This document shows positions 44,639 to 57,053 of a stretch of DNA of 64,000 nt, piece after piece. Under the pieces are notes generated by a model that saw only the letters and a list, made by a program, of their open reading frames with translations, searched no databases and had not been told where the DNA came from. Source of the stretch: Candidatus Binatus sp. Lineage in GTDB: Bacteria; Desulfobacterota; Binatia; DP-6. A program made the translations under genes and the position numbers. The DNA lies in contig DATILR010000391.1 in the NCBI GenBank assembly GCA_035476275.1, positions 63 to 64,062 on the forward strand. The letters run 5' to 3'. Within the stretch, counting starts at the first letter, position 1; the number at the start of each line of letters is the position of its first letter.

Positions 44639-45691
44639 TCAGACGGCCAGCGCGGGCGCCTCGAGGCCCGTGGTCTCCGGCAGGCCGAGCAGCAGGTTGA
44701 GACACTGCACGGCCTGACCGGCCGCACCCTTGCCGAGGTTGTCGATGGCCGTCATCACCACCGCCTGCTCGGCGGGCGCGTCCCAGTACCACCCGATGGC
44801 GCAGCGGTTCGTCCCCCGGACCTCGCGCAGCTCGGGAGGGTTCCCCTCGCCTCGCAGGACGATGAACGGCTCCGTCGCGTACGTCTCGGTGAACAGCTCG
44901 GCGAGCGGCGGGCGCTTGCCGCTCACCCGGACGTACATCGTCGAGAGAATCCCGCGGCTCACCGGTACCAGGTGTGGAACGAAGACCACCGGCGCCGTGC
45001 TACCGGCCGCGTGGAGCTCCTGCTCGATCTCGGGGCGGTGCCGATGGCCGGCGACCGCATAGGGGCGAACGTTCTCGTTCACCTCGGCGAAGAGCTGCTC
45101 CACCTTCGCGCCGCGTCCCGCGCCGGTCGTCCCCGACTTGGCATCGACGATCACCGGCTCGCGGATGAAGCCGGCCCGCGCCAGCGGAAGGAGACCGAGC
45201 AGCGCCCCGGTGGGATAGCATCCCGGCGCCGCGACGAGGCGCGCGTCCGGGAGCTGAGCCCGGTGGATCTCGGGCAGGCCGTAGACCGCCTCGGCGAGCA
45301 ATTCCGGCGCCGGGTGCTCACCGTACCAGCGGGCGTACACCCGTGGATCGTGGAGCCGGAAGTCGGCCGACAGGTCGATGACACGACGGCCGCGACGAAC
45401 GATGTCGGCCACCAGCGGCGCCGCCGCCCCGTGGGGCAGAGCGCTCAGGACGATGTCCGCGGCAGCCGCGATCGCCGCCGGCTCGGGTGCCTGCAGCGTC
45501 CCCTCGACCGCGCCGCGGAGGAAGGGGTAGACCTCGGCCACCGACCGCTCCCGGTACTGCTCGGACGACAGGAAGGTGAGCTCCACCGCCGGGTGGCGCG
45601 CGAGGAGCCGCAGCAGCTCCACGCCCGTGTAGCCGGTGGCACCGAGCACGGCGACCGGCACCCGCGTCGACGTCGCCCGGCTGATGGCCAT
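44639..45691 (-). CDS. argC: N-acetyl-gamma-glutamyl-phosphate reductase
   Basis: Start refined to MAISRATSTRVPVAVLGATGYTGVELLRLL. Catalytic Cys in APGCYPT. Confidence 0.9.
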   Translation of the reverse strand: MAISRATSTRVPVAVLGATGYTGVELLRLLARHPAVELTFLSSEQYRERSVAEVYPFLRGAVEGTLQAPEPAAIAAAADIVLSALPHGAAAPLVADIVRRGRRVIDLSADFRLHDPRVYARWYGEHPAPELLAEAVYGLPEIHRAQLPDARLVAAPGCYPTGALLGLLPLARAGFIREPVIVDAKSGTTGAGRGAKVEQLFAEVNENVRPYAVAGHRHRPEIEQELHAAGSTAPVVFVPHLVPVSRGILSTMYVRVSGKRPPLAELFTETYATEPFIVLRGEGNPPELREVRGTNRCAIGWYWDAPAEQAVVMTAIDNLGKGAAGQAVQCLNLLLGLPETTGLEAPALAV

Positions 45692-45698
45692 CGCGCGC

Positions 45699-45727
45699 AC
45701 ACTACGCGAGCGATGCCAACGAGGCAA
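45699..45727 (-). promoter_or_regulatory. Candidate promoter TTGCCT-17-TAGTGT, placing the TSS at or next to the argC ATG (a possibly leaderless transcript)
   Basis: AT-rich islet ggaatcaattgcc directly upstream of argC and downstream of repeat copy C. Confidence 0.3.
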
Positions 45728-45734
45728 TTGATTC

Positions 45735-45820
45735 CGGGGGCCCGTCCAGTGCTCGGGCGCTTCGCGCCCTGCGCGCTTCCGATGCCCCCGGACCCCCGTC
45801 GCCGCCCGCGCGGCGGGCGG
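45735..45820. repeat. GC-rich structured intergenic repeat, copy C (long hairpin CCGGGGGC…GCCCCCGG plus a second short hairpin)
   Basis: About 85% identical to copy B over 58 nt. Both the outer stem (C-G to T-A) and the inner stem show compensatory changes. Confidence 0.6.
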
Positions 45821-45860
45821 CTCCCCTTACTTCGCTCGCGCGCCGTGCGCGCTCGAGACG

Positions 45861-45889
45861 TGCGGAGCGCAGCTCGGCTGCGCTCCGCA
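45861..45889 (-). terminator. Perfect 13-bp stem / 3-nt loop hairpin (TGCGGAGCGCAGC-tcg-GCTGCGCTCCGCA) immediately 3' of rpsI
   Basis: Inverted repeat seen directly in the sequence. There is no U-tract, which is common in high-GC genomes. Confidence 0.45.
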
Positions 45890-45900
45890 TACGCGAAGGT

Positions 45901-46302
45901 TCAGCGCTTCGAGTACTGGGGGCGCTTGCGGGCTTTGTGGCGGCCGTACTTCTTGCGCTCGACGATGCGGGAGTCGCGGGTGATGAAGCCGGCCTTCTTG
46001 AGCGTGACGCGGAGCTCGGGGTCGGCCTGCAGGAGCGCGCGGGTGATGCCGTGACGGATGGCGACCGCCTGAGCCGCCACGCCGCCCCCGTGCACGTTCA
46101 CATCGACGCGGTACTGCCGCTGCGTGGAGGTGACCTCGAACGGCTGGTGGACGATCATGCGCGAGGTCTCCCGCCCGAAGTAGGTGTCGAGCGGGCGGTG
46201 GTTCACCACGATCGCCCCGTCGCCAGGCTGCATGCGAACACGGGCAATCGAGCACTTGCGCTTGCCGGTGGCCCAGATGGTGGATGGATGCTCGGCGCTC
46301 AT
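45901..46302 (-). CDS. rpsI: 30S ribosomal protein S9
   Basis: …[11 protein letters not shown]… C-terminal [18 protein letters not shown]. Confidence 0.95.
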   Translation of the reverse strand: MSAEHPSTIWATGKRKCSIARVRMQPGDGAIVVNHRPLDTYFGRETSRMIVHQPFEVTSTQRQYRVDVNVHGGGVAAQAVAIRHGITRALLQADPELRVTLKKAGFITRDSRIVERKKYGRHKARKRPQYSKR

Positions 46303-46314
46303 CGCGTCATGACC

Positions 46315-46764
46315 TCATTCTCCGGGAAACGGAGCGGGCTTTTGTGCCTGGTGGGGATGATCGGGGCCGGCGTAGATCTTGAGCTTGGTGGCGAGACGAC
46401 GCCCCAGCCGATTCTTGGGCAGCATGCCCTCGACGGCGGCGCGGAGAAGCCGGGTGGGATGCTTCGCCAGCACCTCCTCGGCGCGCTCCCGGCGCACGCC
46501 ACCCGGATAGGTGGTGTGGCGGATGAGCTCCTTCTTGCGGAGCTTTGCGCCGGTCAAGCGCACCTTCGCGGCGTTCACGACCACCACGAAATCGCCGGCG
46601 TCGATGTGCGGAGCGAACTGTGGGCTCGACTTGCCGCGCAGCACCGAGGCGACGCGCGACGCCAGCCGCCCCAGGACCTGGCCTTCCGCATCTGCCAGGT
46701 ACCAGCGACGGGCCGCGTGCGCGTCCTCGCGGCTCAGGCTCTTCGTGCTTCGTGTTAGCGACAT
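46315..46764 (-). CDS. rplM: 50S ribosomal protein L13
   Basis: 149 aa, …WYLADAEGQVLGRLASRVASVLRGK…. Confidence 0.95.
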   Translation of the reverse strand: MSLTRSTKSLSREDAHAARRWYLADAEGQVLGRLASRVASVLRGKSSPQFAPHIDAGDFVVVVNAAKVRLTGAKLRKKELIRHTTYPGGVRRERAEEVLAKHPTRLLRAAVEGMLPKNRLGRRLATKLKIYAGPDHPHQAQKPAPFPGE

Positions 46765-46824
46765 GGCATCTCAGAGATGGCGACGGGACCCTCGGGCAAC
46801 CCTTGCCAGGGGTCCCACCGCGAA

Positions 46825-46901
<77 letters not shown>

Positions 46902-46995
46902 GTGGTTCCCCAGCTCTCGTGATTGTCGGACACGGTGCTCCTAGCGCAGCAGGCGTCGTCTTGCAACGGAACATCCGTCTCGTCGGCGGCGACGG

Positions 46996-48072
46996 TCAGC
47001 GACGGAAGTTGCGACGGTACGTCAGGTAGTTCGCACACAGCGACCCCCCGAGACCCTCGCCCGTCCGCCGCGATGGCCAGTTGTGATCGAGCACCAGCGT
47101 GTAGCTCACCCACGTCGCCCCGCGACGCACGAGCTCGAGGAAGCCATGCGCCGCGATCGCGTAGTTGACCCCCTGCCCGCGCGCGGCCTCGCGGACGCCG
47201 ATCGCGAGCAGGTTGAGCCGCTCGCTCTCCTCGACGCGGCGGCCGGGGGCCAGCACCGCGTGGCCCGGCTCGTCCGGCACGACGAGGCACATCCCGACCG
47301 GCTCATCGCCCCGGTACGCGAGAACGGACGTTTCGAGAAAGCCGGTCGGCTCGAAGCCCGCGAACAGCAACCCGAGCTCCTCCTCCGAGAAGGCGGTGAA
47401 GCCCCAGTGCGCCTTGAACGTCTCGGCCCACGTCGCGGTGAAGTCGCGCAGGCGTCGTGATCGCGAGACCTCGCGCAGTGGCGTGACGGCAAAGCCAGCA
47501 CGCCGGGCCCCGTCGACGGCCCGCTGCCAGCGCTCGGTCAGGGCTGGCGTCACCCGCGCCTTGTAGTCGACCCACCCCTGCTCCACCTCGAAACGGGCCT
47601 GCTTCAGGAGGAGGTGATAGTGGGACGGGTTCTGGCGGAGGACGCTCGGCGGCAGCGCCTCGTAGCTGTCCATTGCAAACGGGAGGTCGAAGAGACCGAA
47701 TCCGGCGCGCGCCGCGACGGCTCCCCGGCTAGCGAGCCACTGCGCCGCGGCATCCATCAACTCGGTCACCGCGGCCTCGGTGGCGGGCAGGGCCTCGAAC
47801 ATGGTCACGTGGCCGAGCGCCTCGCCCCAGTGGCGCTGGTAGCGACGATCGATGACCGCCGCGGCGCGGGCGACGATCTCGCCACCGTCGAGTGCCCAGA
47901 AGGGGCGGATCTCGCGCCCGTCGGCGAACGGCGACCCGCCACCCAGAATGGAGAGATAGAGCTCGAGCGGTGCGGGCCAGTGCGCGCTCCGGTCGGCGTA
48001 CACGCGATCGTGGAAGAGCACGAACTGCTGGAGCGCGTCCTCGCCCGCGGGGGTCTCGATCTTGATGCCCAT
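46996..48072 (-). CDS. Tandem GNAT-fold protein (putative N-acetyltransferase)
   Basis: 358 aa. The C-terminal half has an acetyl-CoA motif-A-like segment, LNLLAIGVREAARGQGVNYAIAAHGFLEL. Substrate unknown. Confidence 0.5.
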   Translation of the reverse strand: MGIKIETPAGEDALQQFVLFHDRVYADRSAHWPAPLELYLSILGGGSPFADGREIRPFWALDGGEIVARAAAVIDRRYQRHWGEALGHVTMFEALPATEAAVTELMDAAAQWLASRGAVAARAGFGLFDLPFAMDSYEALPPSVLRQNPSHYHLLLKQARFEVEQGWVDYKARVTPALTERWQRAVDGARRAGFAVTPLREVSRSRRLRDFTATWAETFKAHWGFTAFSEEELGLLFAGFEPTGFLETSVLAYRGDEPVGMCLVVPDEPGHAVLAPGRRVEESERLNLLAIGVREAARGQGVNYAIAAHGFLELVRRGATWVSYTLVLDHNWPSRRTGEGLGGSLCANYLTYRRNFRR

Positions 48073-48182
48073 TCGAACTCCTCGGCACGACGTACGACGA
48101 TCACGGGCAGGAGTTCAACCGGGCGAACCGCCGGTCGAGTACGACTCCCGAGGGCCTGTCCGAACCGGGGGAAGGGGAGCGA

Positions 48183-48254
48183 TGGGCGGTACTGGGATCG
48201 AACCAGTGGCCCTCGGCTTGTAAGGCCGATGCTCTCCCGCTGAGCTAACCGCCC
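48183..48254 (-). tRNA. tRNA-Val (TAC)
   Basis: GGGCGGTTAGCTCAGCGGGAGAGCATCGGCCTTACAAGCCGA…. Confidence 0.8.
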
Positions 48255-48285
48255 GCGGTGGATGAGGGCGCCCGCGCGCCGATCC

Positions 48286-48558
48286 CTAGTTGAGGGAGTC
48301 TTTCAGGGTCTTGCCGGCCTTGAACTTGGCCGATTTGGAGGCGGCGATCTGGATGCTCTCCCCGGTCTTCGGGTTCCGTCCGGTCCGCGCCTTGCGCGCC
48401 GAGACCGCGAACGTCCCGAAACCCGAGATGTTCACCTTGTCGCCGTTCCGCAGTGCTGCAACGATGTCGTCGAAGATCGTGTTGATGACCCGCTCTGCCT
48501 GGCCCTTGGGCAGGTCCAGCTTGCTGGCCACAGACTCGATCAGGTCGGCCTTGGTCAT
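48286..48558 (-). CDS. hupB: DNA-binding protein HU
   Basis: MTKADLIESVASKLDLPKGQAERVINTIFDDIVAAL… (90 aa). Confidence 0.93.
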   Translation of the reverse strand: MTKADLIESVASKLDLPKGQAERVINTIFDDIVAALRNGDKVNISGFGTFAVSARKARTGRNPKTGESIQIAASKSAKFKAGKTLKDSLN

Positions 48559-48616
48559 GGGCCCTCCCCTTTTCCCGGCGCGGGCGTCGGCCCTTTACCA
48601 ACCGACCTGCGGGCTG

Positions 48617-51082
<2,466 letters not shown>

Positions 51083-51097
51083 GAGCGCCCCGTGCCC

Positions 51098-52351
51098 TTA
51101 GGCGGTCTCCGCCGCCTTCTGGAAGAGGATGATGGGTTGCTCCTTGTTGGTGACCACTTCCTCCGAAATGAGAACCTCCTTGATGTTCGGCTGAGAGGGA
51201 ATGTCGTACATCACGTCGAGCATTATGTTCTCCATGATGGCGCGTAGCCCCCGGGCGCCCGACTTGCGCTTGAGCGCCTCGCGGGCAATCGCCGACAGCG
51301 CCCCGTCCGTGAAACGGAGGTGTACCCCCTCCATCTCGAAGAGCTTCTGATACTGACGGGTGAGCGCGTTCTTCGGCTCCTTCAGGATGCGCACCAGGGC
51401 AGCTTCGTCCAGCTCTTCGAGCGTCGCAATCACCGGCAGTCGCCCCACGAACTCGGGGATCAGACCGAACTTGAGCAGATCCTCGGTCTGCACCTCGTGC
51501 AGCAGATCGCTCATGCTTCGCTCGTCCTTGCGCCTTATATCGGCGCCAAACCCCATTCCCTTGACCCCGATCCGGCGGCGGATGATGTCGTCGAGCCCGA
51601 CGAAGGCTCCCCCGCAGACGAAGAGGATATTAGTGGTATCGACCTGGAGGAACTCTTGCTGGGGGTGCTTCCGCCCGCCCTTGGGCGGCACGCTCGCGGT
51701 TGTCCCCTCGATGATCTTGAGCAGGGCCTGCTGCACGCCCTCGCCCGAAACATCCCGTGTAATCGAGGGGTTGTCACCCTTACGGGCGATCTTGTCGATC
51801 TCGTCGATGTAGACGATGCCCCGCTGGCACTTCTCGACGTCATAGTCGGCGTTCTGGAGCAGCGACAGGATGATGTTCTCGACGTCCTCGCCGACGTACC
51901 CCGCCTCGGTGAGGCTGGTGGCATCGGCGATGGCGAACGGCACCTGGAGGAAGCGGGCCAGCGTCTGCGCCAGGAGGGTCTTGCCGCACCCGGTGGGCCC
52001 GACCAGGAGGATGTTCGATTTCTGGAGCTCGACGTCTCCCGTCACGAGCTGGGAGTCGATGCGCTTGTAGTGGTTGTGAACCGCGACCGCGAGGATCTTC
52101 TTCGCGCGCTCCTGGCCGATCACGTACTGATCGAGGACCTTCTTGATCTCCGAGGGCTTCGGAACCGCGGAGGTAGAGGAGAGACTCTCCTCCTGATCAC
52201 ACTCCTCGGCGATGATGTCGTTGCAGAGGTCGATGCACTCGTCGCAGATGTAGACGGTCGGCCCGGCGATCAGCTTGCGGACTTCGTCCTGGCTCTTTCC
52301 GCAGAAGGAGCAGACGAGGTTTCCGCTCCGATCGTCACCGTGTTTGGCCAT
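51098..52351 (-). CDS. clpX: ATP-dependent Clp protease ATP-binding subunit ClpX
   Basis: Zn-finger [30 protein letters not shown] and GPTGCGKT. Confidence 0.96.
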   Translation of the reverse strand: MAKHGDDRSGNLVCSFCGKSQDEVRKLIAGPTVYICDECIDLCNDIIAEECDQEESLSSTSAVPKPSEIKKVLDQYVIGQERAKKILAVAVHNHYKRIDSQLVTGDVELQKSNILLVGPTGCGKTLLAQTLARFLQVPFAIADATSLTEAGYVGEDVENIILSLLQNADYDVEKCQRGIVYIDEIDKIARKGDNPSITRDVSGEGVQQALLKIIEGTTASVPPKGGRKHPQQEFLQVDTTNILFVCGGAFVGLDDIIRRRIGVKGMGFGADIRRKDERSMSDLLHEVQTEDLLKFGLIPEFVGRLPVIATLEELDEAALVRILKEPKNALTRQYQKLFEMEGVHLRFTDGALSAIAREALKRKSGARGLRAIMENIMLDVMYDIPSQPNIKEVLISEEVVTNKEQPIILFQKAAETA

Positions 52352-52359
52352 TGGCCCCC

Positions 52360-52965
52360 CTACAGCTTCGGCTTACCCGGCCGAGTCACGATGACCTCGT
52401 CGACGAGACCATACTCGACCGCCTGCTTCCCCGTGAGGAAGAGGTCGCGGTCGGTATCCTTCTCGATCTTCTTGAGGCTCTGGCCGGTGTGCTTGACGAG
52501 GATGTTGTTCATCTGTTCGCGTAGCCGGATGATCTCCCGGGCCTGGATGTCGATGTCGGTCGCCTGACCCTGCACCCCGCCCAGCGGCTGGTGGATCATG
52601 ATCCGCGCGTGGGGCAAAGCAAAGCGCTTCCCCTTGGTGCCCGCGGCGAGGAGCCACGCCGCCATGCTGGCCGCCTGTCCGACGCATAGCGTGGAGACCT
52701 CGGGCTTGATGTACTGCATCGTGTCATAGATCGCGAGACCCGCAGTCACGGATCCGCCCGGAGAGTTGATGTACATGTATATGTCCTTCTCCGGGTCTTC
52801 GGATTCCAGGAAGAGGAGCTGCGCCACCACGAGGTTGGAGAGGTCGTCTCCGATGGGGCTGCCGAGGATGATGATCCGGTCCCGGAGGAGCCGGGAATAG
52901 ATGTCGTAAGCTCGTTCCCCGCGACCGGTCTGCTCGATGACGATGGGGATGAGGTTGGCGTGCAT
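52360..52965 (-). CDS. clpP: ATP-dependent Clp protease proteolytic subunit
   Basis: Start refined to [27 protein letters not shown]. The ORF-track N-terminal extension is probably spurious. Confidence 0.9.
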   Translation of the reverse strand: MHANLIPIVIEQTGRGERAYDIYSRLLRDRIIILGSPIGDDLSNLVVAQLLFLESEDPEKDIYMYINSPGGSVTAGLAIYDTMQYIKPEVSTLCVGQAASMAAWLLAAGTKGKRFALPHARIMIHQPLGGVQGQATDIDIQAREIIRLREQMNNILVKHTGQSLKKIEKDTDRDLFLTGKQAVEYGLVDEVIVTRPGKPKL

Positions 52966-53008
52966 GCCTTCGGCGGGCCCCTCAGGACCAGCGTGGATTG
53001 TACCGGGT

Positions 53009-54310
53009 TTACTTTTCACGGGCAACGCTTTCTGCCGCAGGCGCTGGCATGACCTTTGCGTTGGCAATCACCCGGGAGAGGGCACGATCGCGAACCAGCT
53101 TCGCGCGCAATGCGGCACGGAGCTCCGAGCGGTCGCCGGGGGGCTCACGCCGATCACCGCGCTGTCGCTCGCGGGCCACCATGGCCTCGAGCTCCGTCGT
53201 GATGTCGGCTTCGGACACGGAGATGCCGTCGCGCGCGGCGAGCGCATCCAGCAGCAACTCGGCGCGCACCTGCCCCTCGGCGCGCGGACGGATCTTCAAG
53301 CGCAGCTGATCGAGCGCCTGCTGCTGATCGACCTCCGGTAGGCGCACGTCGAGGCTCGTGAGCAGCGCGTCCGTCCGACGCTCGACGAGCGACGACGGCA
53401 CCTCGAAGCTGTGGCGGGTGATCAGCTGTTCGAGCACCGCCTCCCCCACCGCCTCGTCCGCCCGCGTAGCGGCCTCACGCTCCAGATCGCCGCGGACCTT
53501 GGAGCGCAGGTCGGCGAGTGACGAGCACCGTCCATGATCGCGGGCGAAGTCGTCGTCGAGCGGCGGAAGCTCCTTGACGTGCAGGGCCTTGAGCTCGACT
53601 TCGAACTGGACCGTCTTCCCCCCCAGCCGAGGGTTGGCGTGGTCGGACGGATACGGGACCGCCAGCGAGAGCCGGGCGCCCCGATGCTGCCCCACGAGCT
53701 GGTTCTCCAGTGCCAGGGGGAAGCTGCCGCCACCGGCTTCCAGCAGCACCGCGTCGCGGTGAACCGGCTCTCCCCCGTCGAGGCGGCTCGTGACATCGAC
53801 GGTCACCACGTCGCCAGCCTCGACCAGGTCGCGATCCTCGACGGGGCGGAGCTGCGCCACGGACTCGCGCAGCGCCCCGAGCACGCGCTCGACCTCTTCC
53901 TCGTCCACGCTCGTCGAGGGACGGACGACCTCGATGCCCCCGAGATCACCGAGGACGATGGTCGGACGCACGTCCACGAGGGCCGAATAGCGGAGCGGTG
54001 TTCCCGGGCTCAGGGTCTCGGCGTCGATCTCCGGAGAGCCGACGACCGCGAGGTGGTGATCCTTCACGGCGTGATGGAACGAGTCCGCGACCATCCGCTC
54101 CAGCACCTCGCGGCGAACGTGCGCTCCGTACATCCGCTCGAGGACGTGGCGTGGCGCCTTTCCCGGACGGAAGCCCGGAAGGCGCGCTCCATGCCCCAGC
54201 TGCCGGAACGCGCGATCGAGCTCGGCGTCGACGACTTCTACCGGGATCTCGATCTGCAGCCGCTTGCGGACCGGGGTGAGGTCTTCGAGCATGACCCGCG
54301 CGTCGTGCAT
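53009..54310 (-). CDS. tig: Trigger factor
   Basis: 433 aa. The start may instead be the second ATG at 54292 ([12 protein letters not shown]…). Confidence 0.92.
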   Translation of the reverse strand: MHDARVMLEDLTPVRKRLQIEIPVEVVDAELDRAFRQLGHGARLPGFRPGKAPRHVLERMYGAHVRREVLERMVADSFHHAVKDHHLAVVGSPEIDAETLSPGTPLRYSALVDVRPTIVLGDLGGIEVVRPSTSVDEEEVERVLGALRESVAQLRPVEDRDLVEAGDVVTVDVTSRLDGGEPVHRDAVLLEAGGGSFPLALENQLVGQHRGARLSLAVPYPSDHANPRLGGKTVQFEVELKALHVKELPPLDDDFARDHGRCSSLADLRSKVRGDLEREAATRADEAVGEAVLEQLITRHSFEVPSSLVERRTDALLTSLDVRLPEVDQQQALDQLRLKIRPRAEGQVRAELLLDALAARDGISVSEADITTELEAMVARERQRGDRREPPGDRSELRAALRAKLVRDRALSRVIANAKVMPAPAAESVAREK

Positions 54311-54342
54311 TCGGTCACGGGGCGGGCACGCACGTCGCCACG

Positions 54343-54422
54343 TGCGAGAGGGGGGACTCGAACCCCCACGGTTGCCCGCGAGATCCTAAGTCTCGTGCGT
54401 CTGCCAGTTCCGCCACTCTCGC
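54343..54422 (-). tRNA. tRNA-Leu (TAG)
   Basis: GCGAGAGTGGCGGAACTGGCAGACGCACGAGACTTAGGATCTCG…. Confidence 0.8.
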
Positions 54423-54437
54423 GTCCCCTCGGTTGCG

Positions 54438-54452
54438 TTGGTGTGACACCAA
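54438..54452. promoter_or_regulatory. Perfect 7-1-7 palindrome TTGGTGT-G-ACACCAA over the predicted -10/+1 of the tRNA-Leu promoter (TTGTCT-18-TGtTATTGG)
   Basis: The palindrome is seen directly in the sequence. The promoter hexamers are weak matches. Confidence 0.35.
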
Positions 54453-54526
54453 TAACAACGGGGAGAGACCGAGACAAGCGCGCTCACCTACGCGCGTGGA
54501 ACGCCGATCCCGGATCGTCCGGGGCG

Positions 54527-54910
54527 TCAGGCAACGCAGCAGCGCTCGAGCGTGTGAAGCAGCGCGTCGACCTCGATCGGCTTGCGGAGGTACGCCGTGG
54601 CGCCCATGCGCGCCGCCTTCTCGGCAACGCTCGAGTCCGCGGAGATGACGATCACGGGGATCGACGCGAGCGAGGGATCTCGCATCAGCTCGGAGCGAAA
54701 CTGATAGCCGTCCATGATCGGCATCATCAGATCGAGCAGGATCGCCGCCGGCGGCGGGGTGCTGCGCAGATGGTCGATAGCCTCCTGCCCATTGGCGGCT
54801 CCCGCCACCAGGTAGCCCTCGAACTCGAGCAGCTGGCTGAGAGCGTCGCGCACGTCGAAGTCGTCTTCGACGATGAGGACGCTCCTCCCCTCCAACCCTC
54901 GATCCAGCAC
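54527..54910 (-). CDS. Single-domain CheY-like response regulator (orphan receiver)
   Basis: …SVLIVEDDFDVRDALSQLLEFEGYLV…ILLDLMMPIMDGYQF…VIVISADS…LRKPIE. GTG start. Confidence 0.85.
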   Translation of the reverse strand: MLDRGLEGRSVLIVEDDFDVRDALSQLLEFEGYLVAGAANGQEAIDHLRSTPPPAAILLDLMMPIMDGYQFRSELMRDPSLASIPVIVISADSSVAEKAARMGATAYLRKPIEVDALLHTLERCCVA

Positions 54911-55009
54911 TGTCCCCGTACTCCCGCCAGGCGTACGGCGGGCTCCCCAGCGAACGCTTTTACCGCTCGGCTAAGGGGGTGTCGAGGCTCCCGTACGCAT
55001 ATTACATCC

Positions 55010-55408
55010 CTAGGGGGTGCGCGTTCGCTTCGACTTCGGTTGCGCTGGGGGAGGAGGCGGTGCCGTGCTGGCGCTCGGGGCACCACTGAAATAGTCCCAC
55101 GGGAACTCGGGACGGATGATGGGTCGGTAGTTCGCGGGAGCGGGCAAGGGCGCCGTCACGAACTCGTACACCCCGACCAACGTGCGCACGACGATCATGC
55201 CGAGGCCCTTCACGAAGCCGAGGGGGATACCGACACCCGGTCCCTGAGCGTGACTCTCGGCCACCATGTTGCCCGGCACCTCGAGAACGGAGGTGGTCAT
55301 CCCGGCGAGGCCGCGACCCGCCTTGCGCATCGCGGTCTGTGAGCGCGCGGGCGTCGTGAGCACGAGCATCACGAACAACAAGAGGAACGCAGCAAGCTGG
55401 CGCGCCAT
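55010..55408 (-). CDS. Small secreted or periplasmic hypothetical protein, with a signal peptide and a Pro-rich basic C-terminus
   Basis: MARQLAAFLLLFVMLVLTTPARSQTA signal peptide. A strong GGAGGA SD sits 7 nt upstream. GC3 is high. Confidence 0.6.
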   Translation of the reverse strand: MARQLAAFLLLFVMLVLTTPARSQTAMRKAGRGLAGMTTSVLEVPGNMVAESHAQGPGVGIPLGFVKGLGMIVVRTLVGVYEFVTAPLPAPANYRPIIRPEFPWDYFSGAPSASTAPPPPPAQPKSKRTRTP

Positions 55409-55592
55409 CAGGAAATCCTCCTTTCGATGAGAGCTAAACAGGTTTCCGGCCCACGGTCAATTCCCGAACGCGACGCCGCGGGTGTCGCGCACTCCTCGCG
55501 TAGACGAAATTGAACGGCGCGTAGAGAGGATCCGAACCTGCGAACTTCGATGCGTGATCCGCAGCACAGCAAACGCCGCTGCAGGCGCAACG

Positions 55593-55814
55593 TCAGGCGC
55601 TGCGAGGACCCTGTTGCTTCGATTGCTGCTGGGGCGCGACGATGAGCCAACCCACGAGCACCCCGACGACGCCCACGATGAAGGCGGCCCACGATGTCGG
55701 GTCCTGGAATCCCTCGACCCTGCGGGCGATGACCGCCGGGCTCGCCCCGATCCAGACGATGACCAGGAGCTCGTAGAGACCATCCGAGCCGACCGCGCGC
55801 TTGAACCAGCCCAT
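55593..55814 (-). CDS. 73-aa two-helix membrane mini-protein (hypothetical)
   Basis: Two hydrophobic segments, LYELLVIVWIGASPAVIA and AAFIVGVVGVLVGWLIVA. High GC3. TGTATAGA -10-like element just upstream. Confidence 0.5.
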   Translation of the reverse strand: MGWFKRAVGSDGLYELLVIVWIGASPAVIARRVEGFQDPTSWAAFIVGVVGVLVGWLIVAPQQQSKQQGPRSA

Positions 55815-55992
55815 GGCGGCTCTCTATACACCGCCGGCGCGGGGAGCTTCCGAAAAACTCGCACCTCGCTCCGTGCCTGCCCACCGCCTTCTCCCAGCAG
55901 CCGCGTGGGGCGCCGATGCCGCGCCCTCACCGCCCACCGGACGTGCTCGGCGGCCCCGGAATCGGCCAAGACCCGACGGTGGTGCTTTGGAG

Positions 55993-56065
<73 letters not shown>

Positions 56066-56126
56066 ATCGGGGCGGGTGATCGAGTTGGCGAACTCTACTA
56101 CCGACCAGACTCCCGCCGAGGCAAGG

Positions 56127-56200
56127 GGTGAGTGAAGGGATTTGAACCCTCGACCCCCGGGGCCACAACCCGGTGCTCTGCCAATTGAGCTACACTCACC
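56127..56200 (-). tRNA. tRNA-His (GTG), with the extra 5' G(-1)
   Basis: GGTGAGTGTAGCTCAATTGGCAGAGCACCGGGTTGTGGCCCCGG…. Confidence 0.85.
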
Positions 56201-56236
56201 ATCACCACCGTCTGCCGTCCTCTCCTCTTACGGGTG

Positions 56237-56310
<74 letters not shown>

Positions 56311-56334
56311 GAACGTCTTGGATTGGCTTGGCTT

Positions 56335-56411
56335 TGGTCGGGGCGAGCCGATTTGAACGGCCGACCACCTGCTCCCAAGGCAGGTGCGCTGCCAGGCTGC
56401 GCTACGCCCCG
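56335..56411 (-). tRNA. tRNA-Pro (TGG), CCA encoded
   Basis: CGGGGCGTAGCGCAGCCTGGCAGCGCACCTGCCTTGGGAGCAGG…. Confidence 0.85.
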
Positions 56412-56465
56412 TCCACTCACGCTCGTCCCTAACATGGAGACCCGATTCGACGCAACTTCGCTCGC

Positions 56466-57053
56466 TTACGGACGTCGAAGGCGTTCCCCGAGTGCGCGCA
56501 CGGCGCGCGCCCGGTGGCTCACGCGCTGCTTCTCGGCAGCCGTCGCGTCGCCGAATGTCCTCCCGAGATCGTCGGAGACGAACACGGGATCGTAGCCGAA
56601 ACCGCCGCTGCCGCTGGGCGCGATGGCCAACCGACCTTGGCACTCTCCTTCGGCCGTCTCGACGCCTGCCCCCGGCCATGCGATCGCCACCACGCAGCGG
56701 AAGCGGGCCGACCGCCGGTGCGCCGGCACATGCGCCACCTGGGCCAGCAGCTTCGCGACGCGCTCTCCGGGCCCGGCATAGCGCGCCGAGTAGACACCCG
56801 GCGCGCCGTCGAGCGCGTCGACCTCGAGGCCCGAGTCGTCGGCGAGAGCCGGGAGACCGGTAGCCGCCGCCACCGCCGACGCCTTGGCCACGGCATTCTC
56901 GGCATAGGTGGTCCCCCGCTCCTCGGGACACGAGAGTCCCGGGAAGCACGCGAGGTCGAGCACGTCGATCGTCCCCCACTCGCGCAGCAGCTCGGCGAGC
57001 TCGGCCGTCTTCCCGGGGTTCGCCGTCGCGAGCACCAGACGACGCGGAATCAT
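56466..57053 (-). CDS. rdgB: Non-canonical purine NTP pyrophosphatase (dITP/XTP pyrophosphatase, Ham1 family)
   Basis: [23 protein letters not shown]… ATGA overlap with the rph stop. Confidence 0.9.
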   Translation of the reverse strand: MIPRRLVLATANPGKTAELAELLREWGTIDVLDLACFPGLSCPEERGTTYAENAVAKASAVAAATGLPALADDSGLEVDALDGAPGVYSARYAGPGERVAKLLAQVAHVPAHRRSARFRCVVAIAWPGAGVETAEGECQGRLAIAPSGSGGFGYDPVFVSDDLGRTFGDATAAEKQRVSHRARAVRALGERLRRP

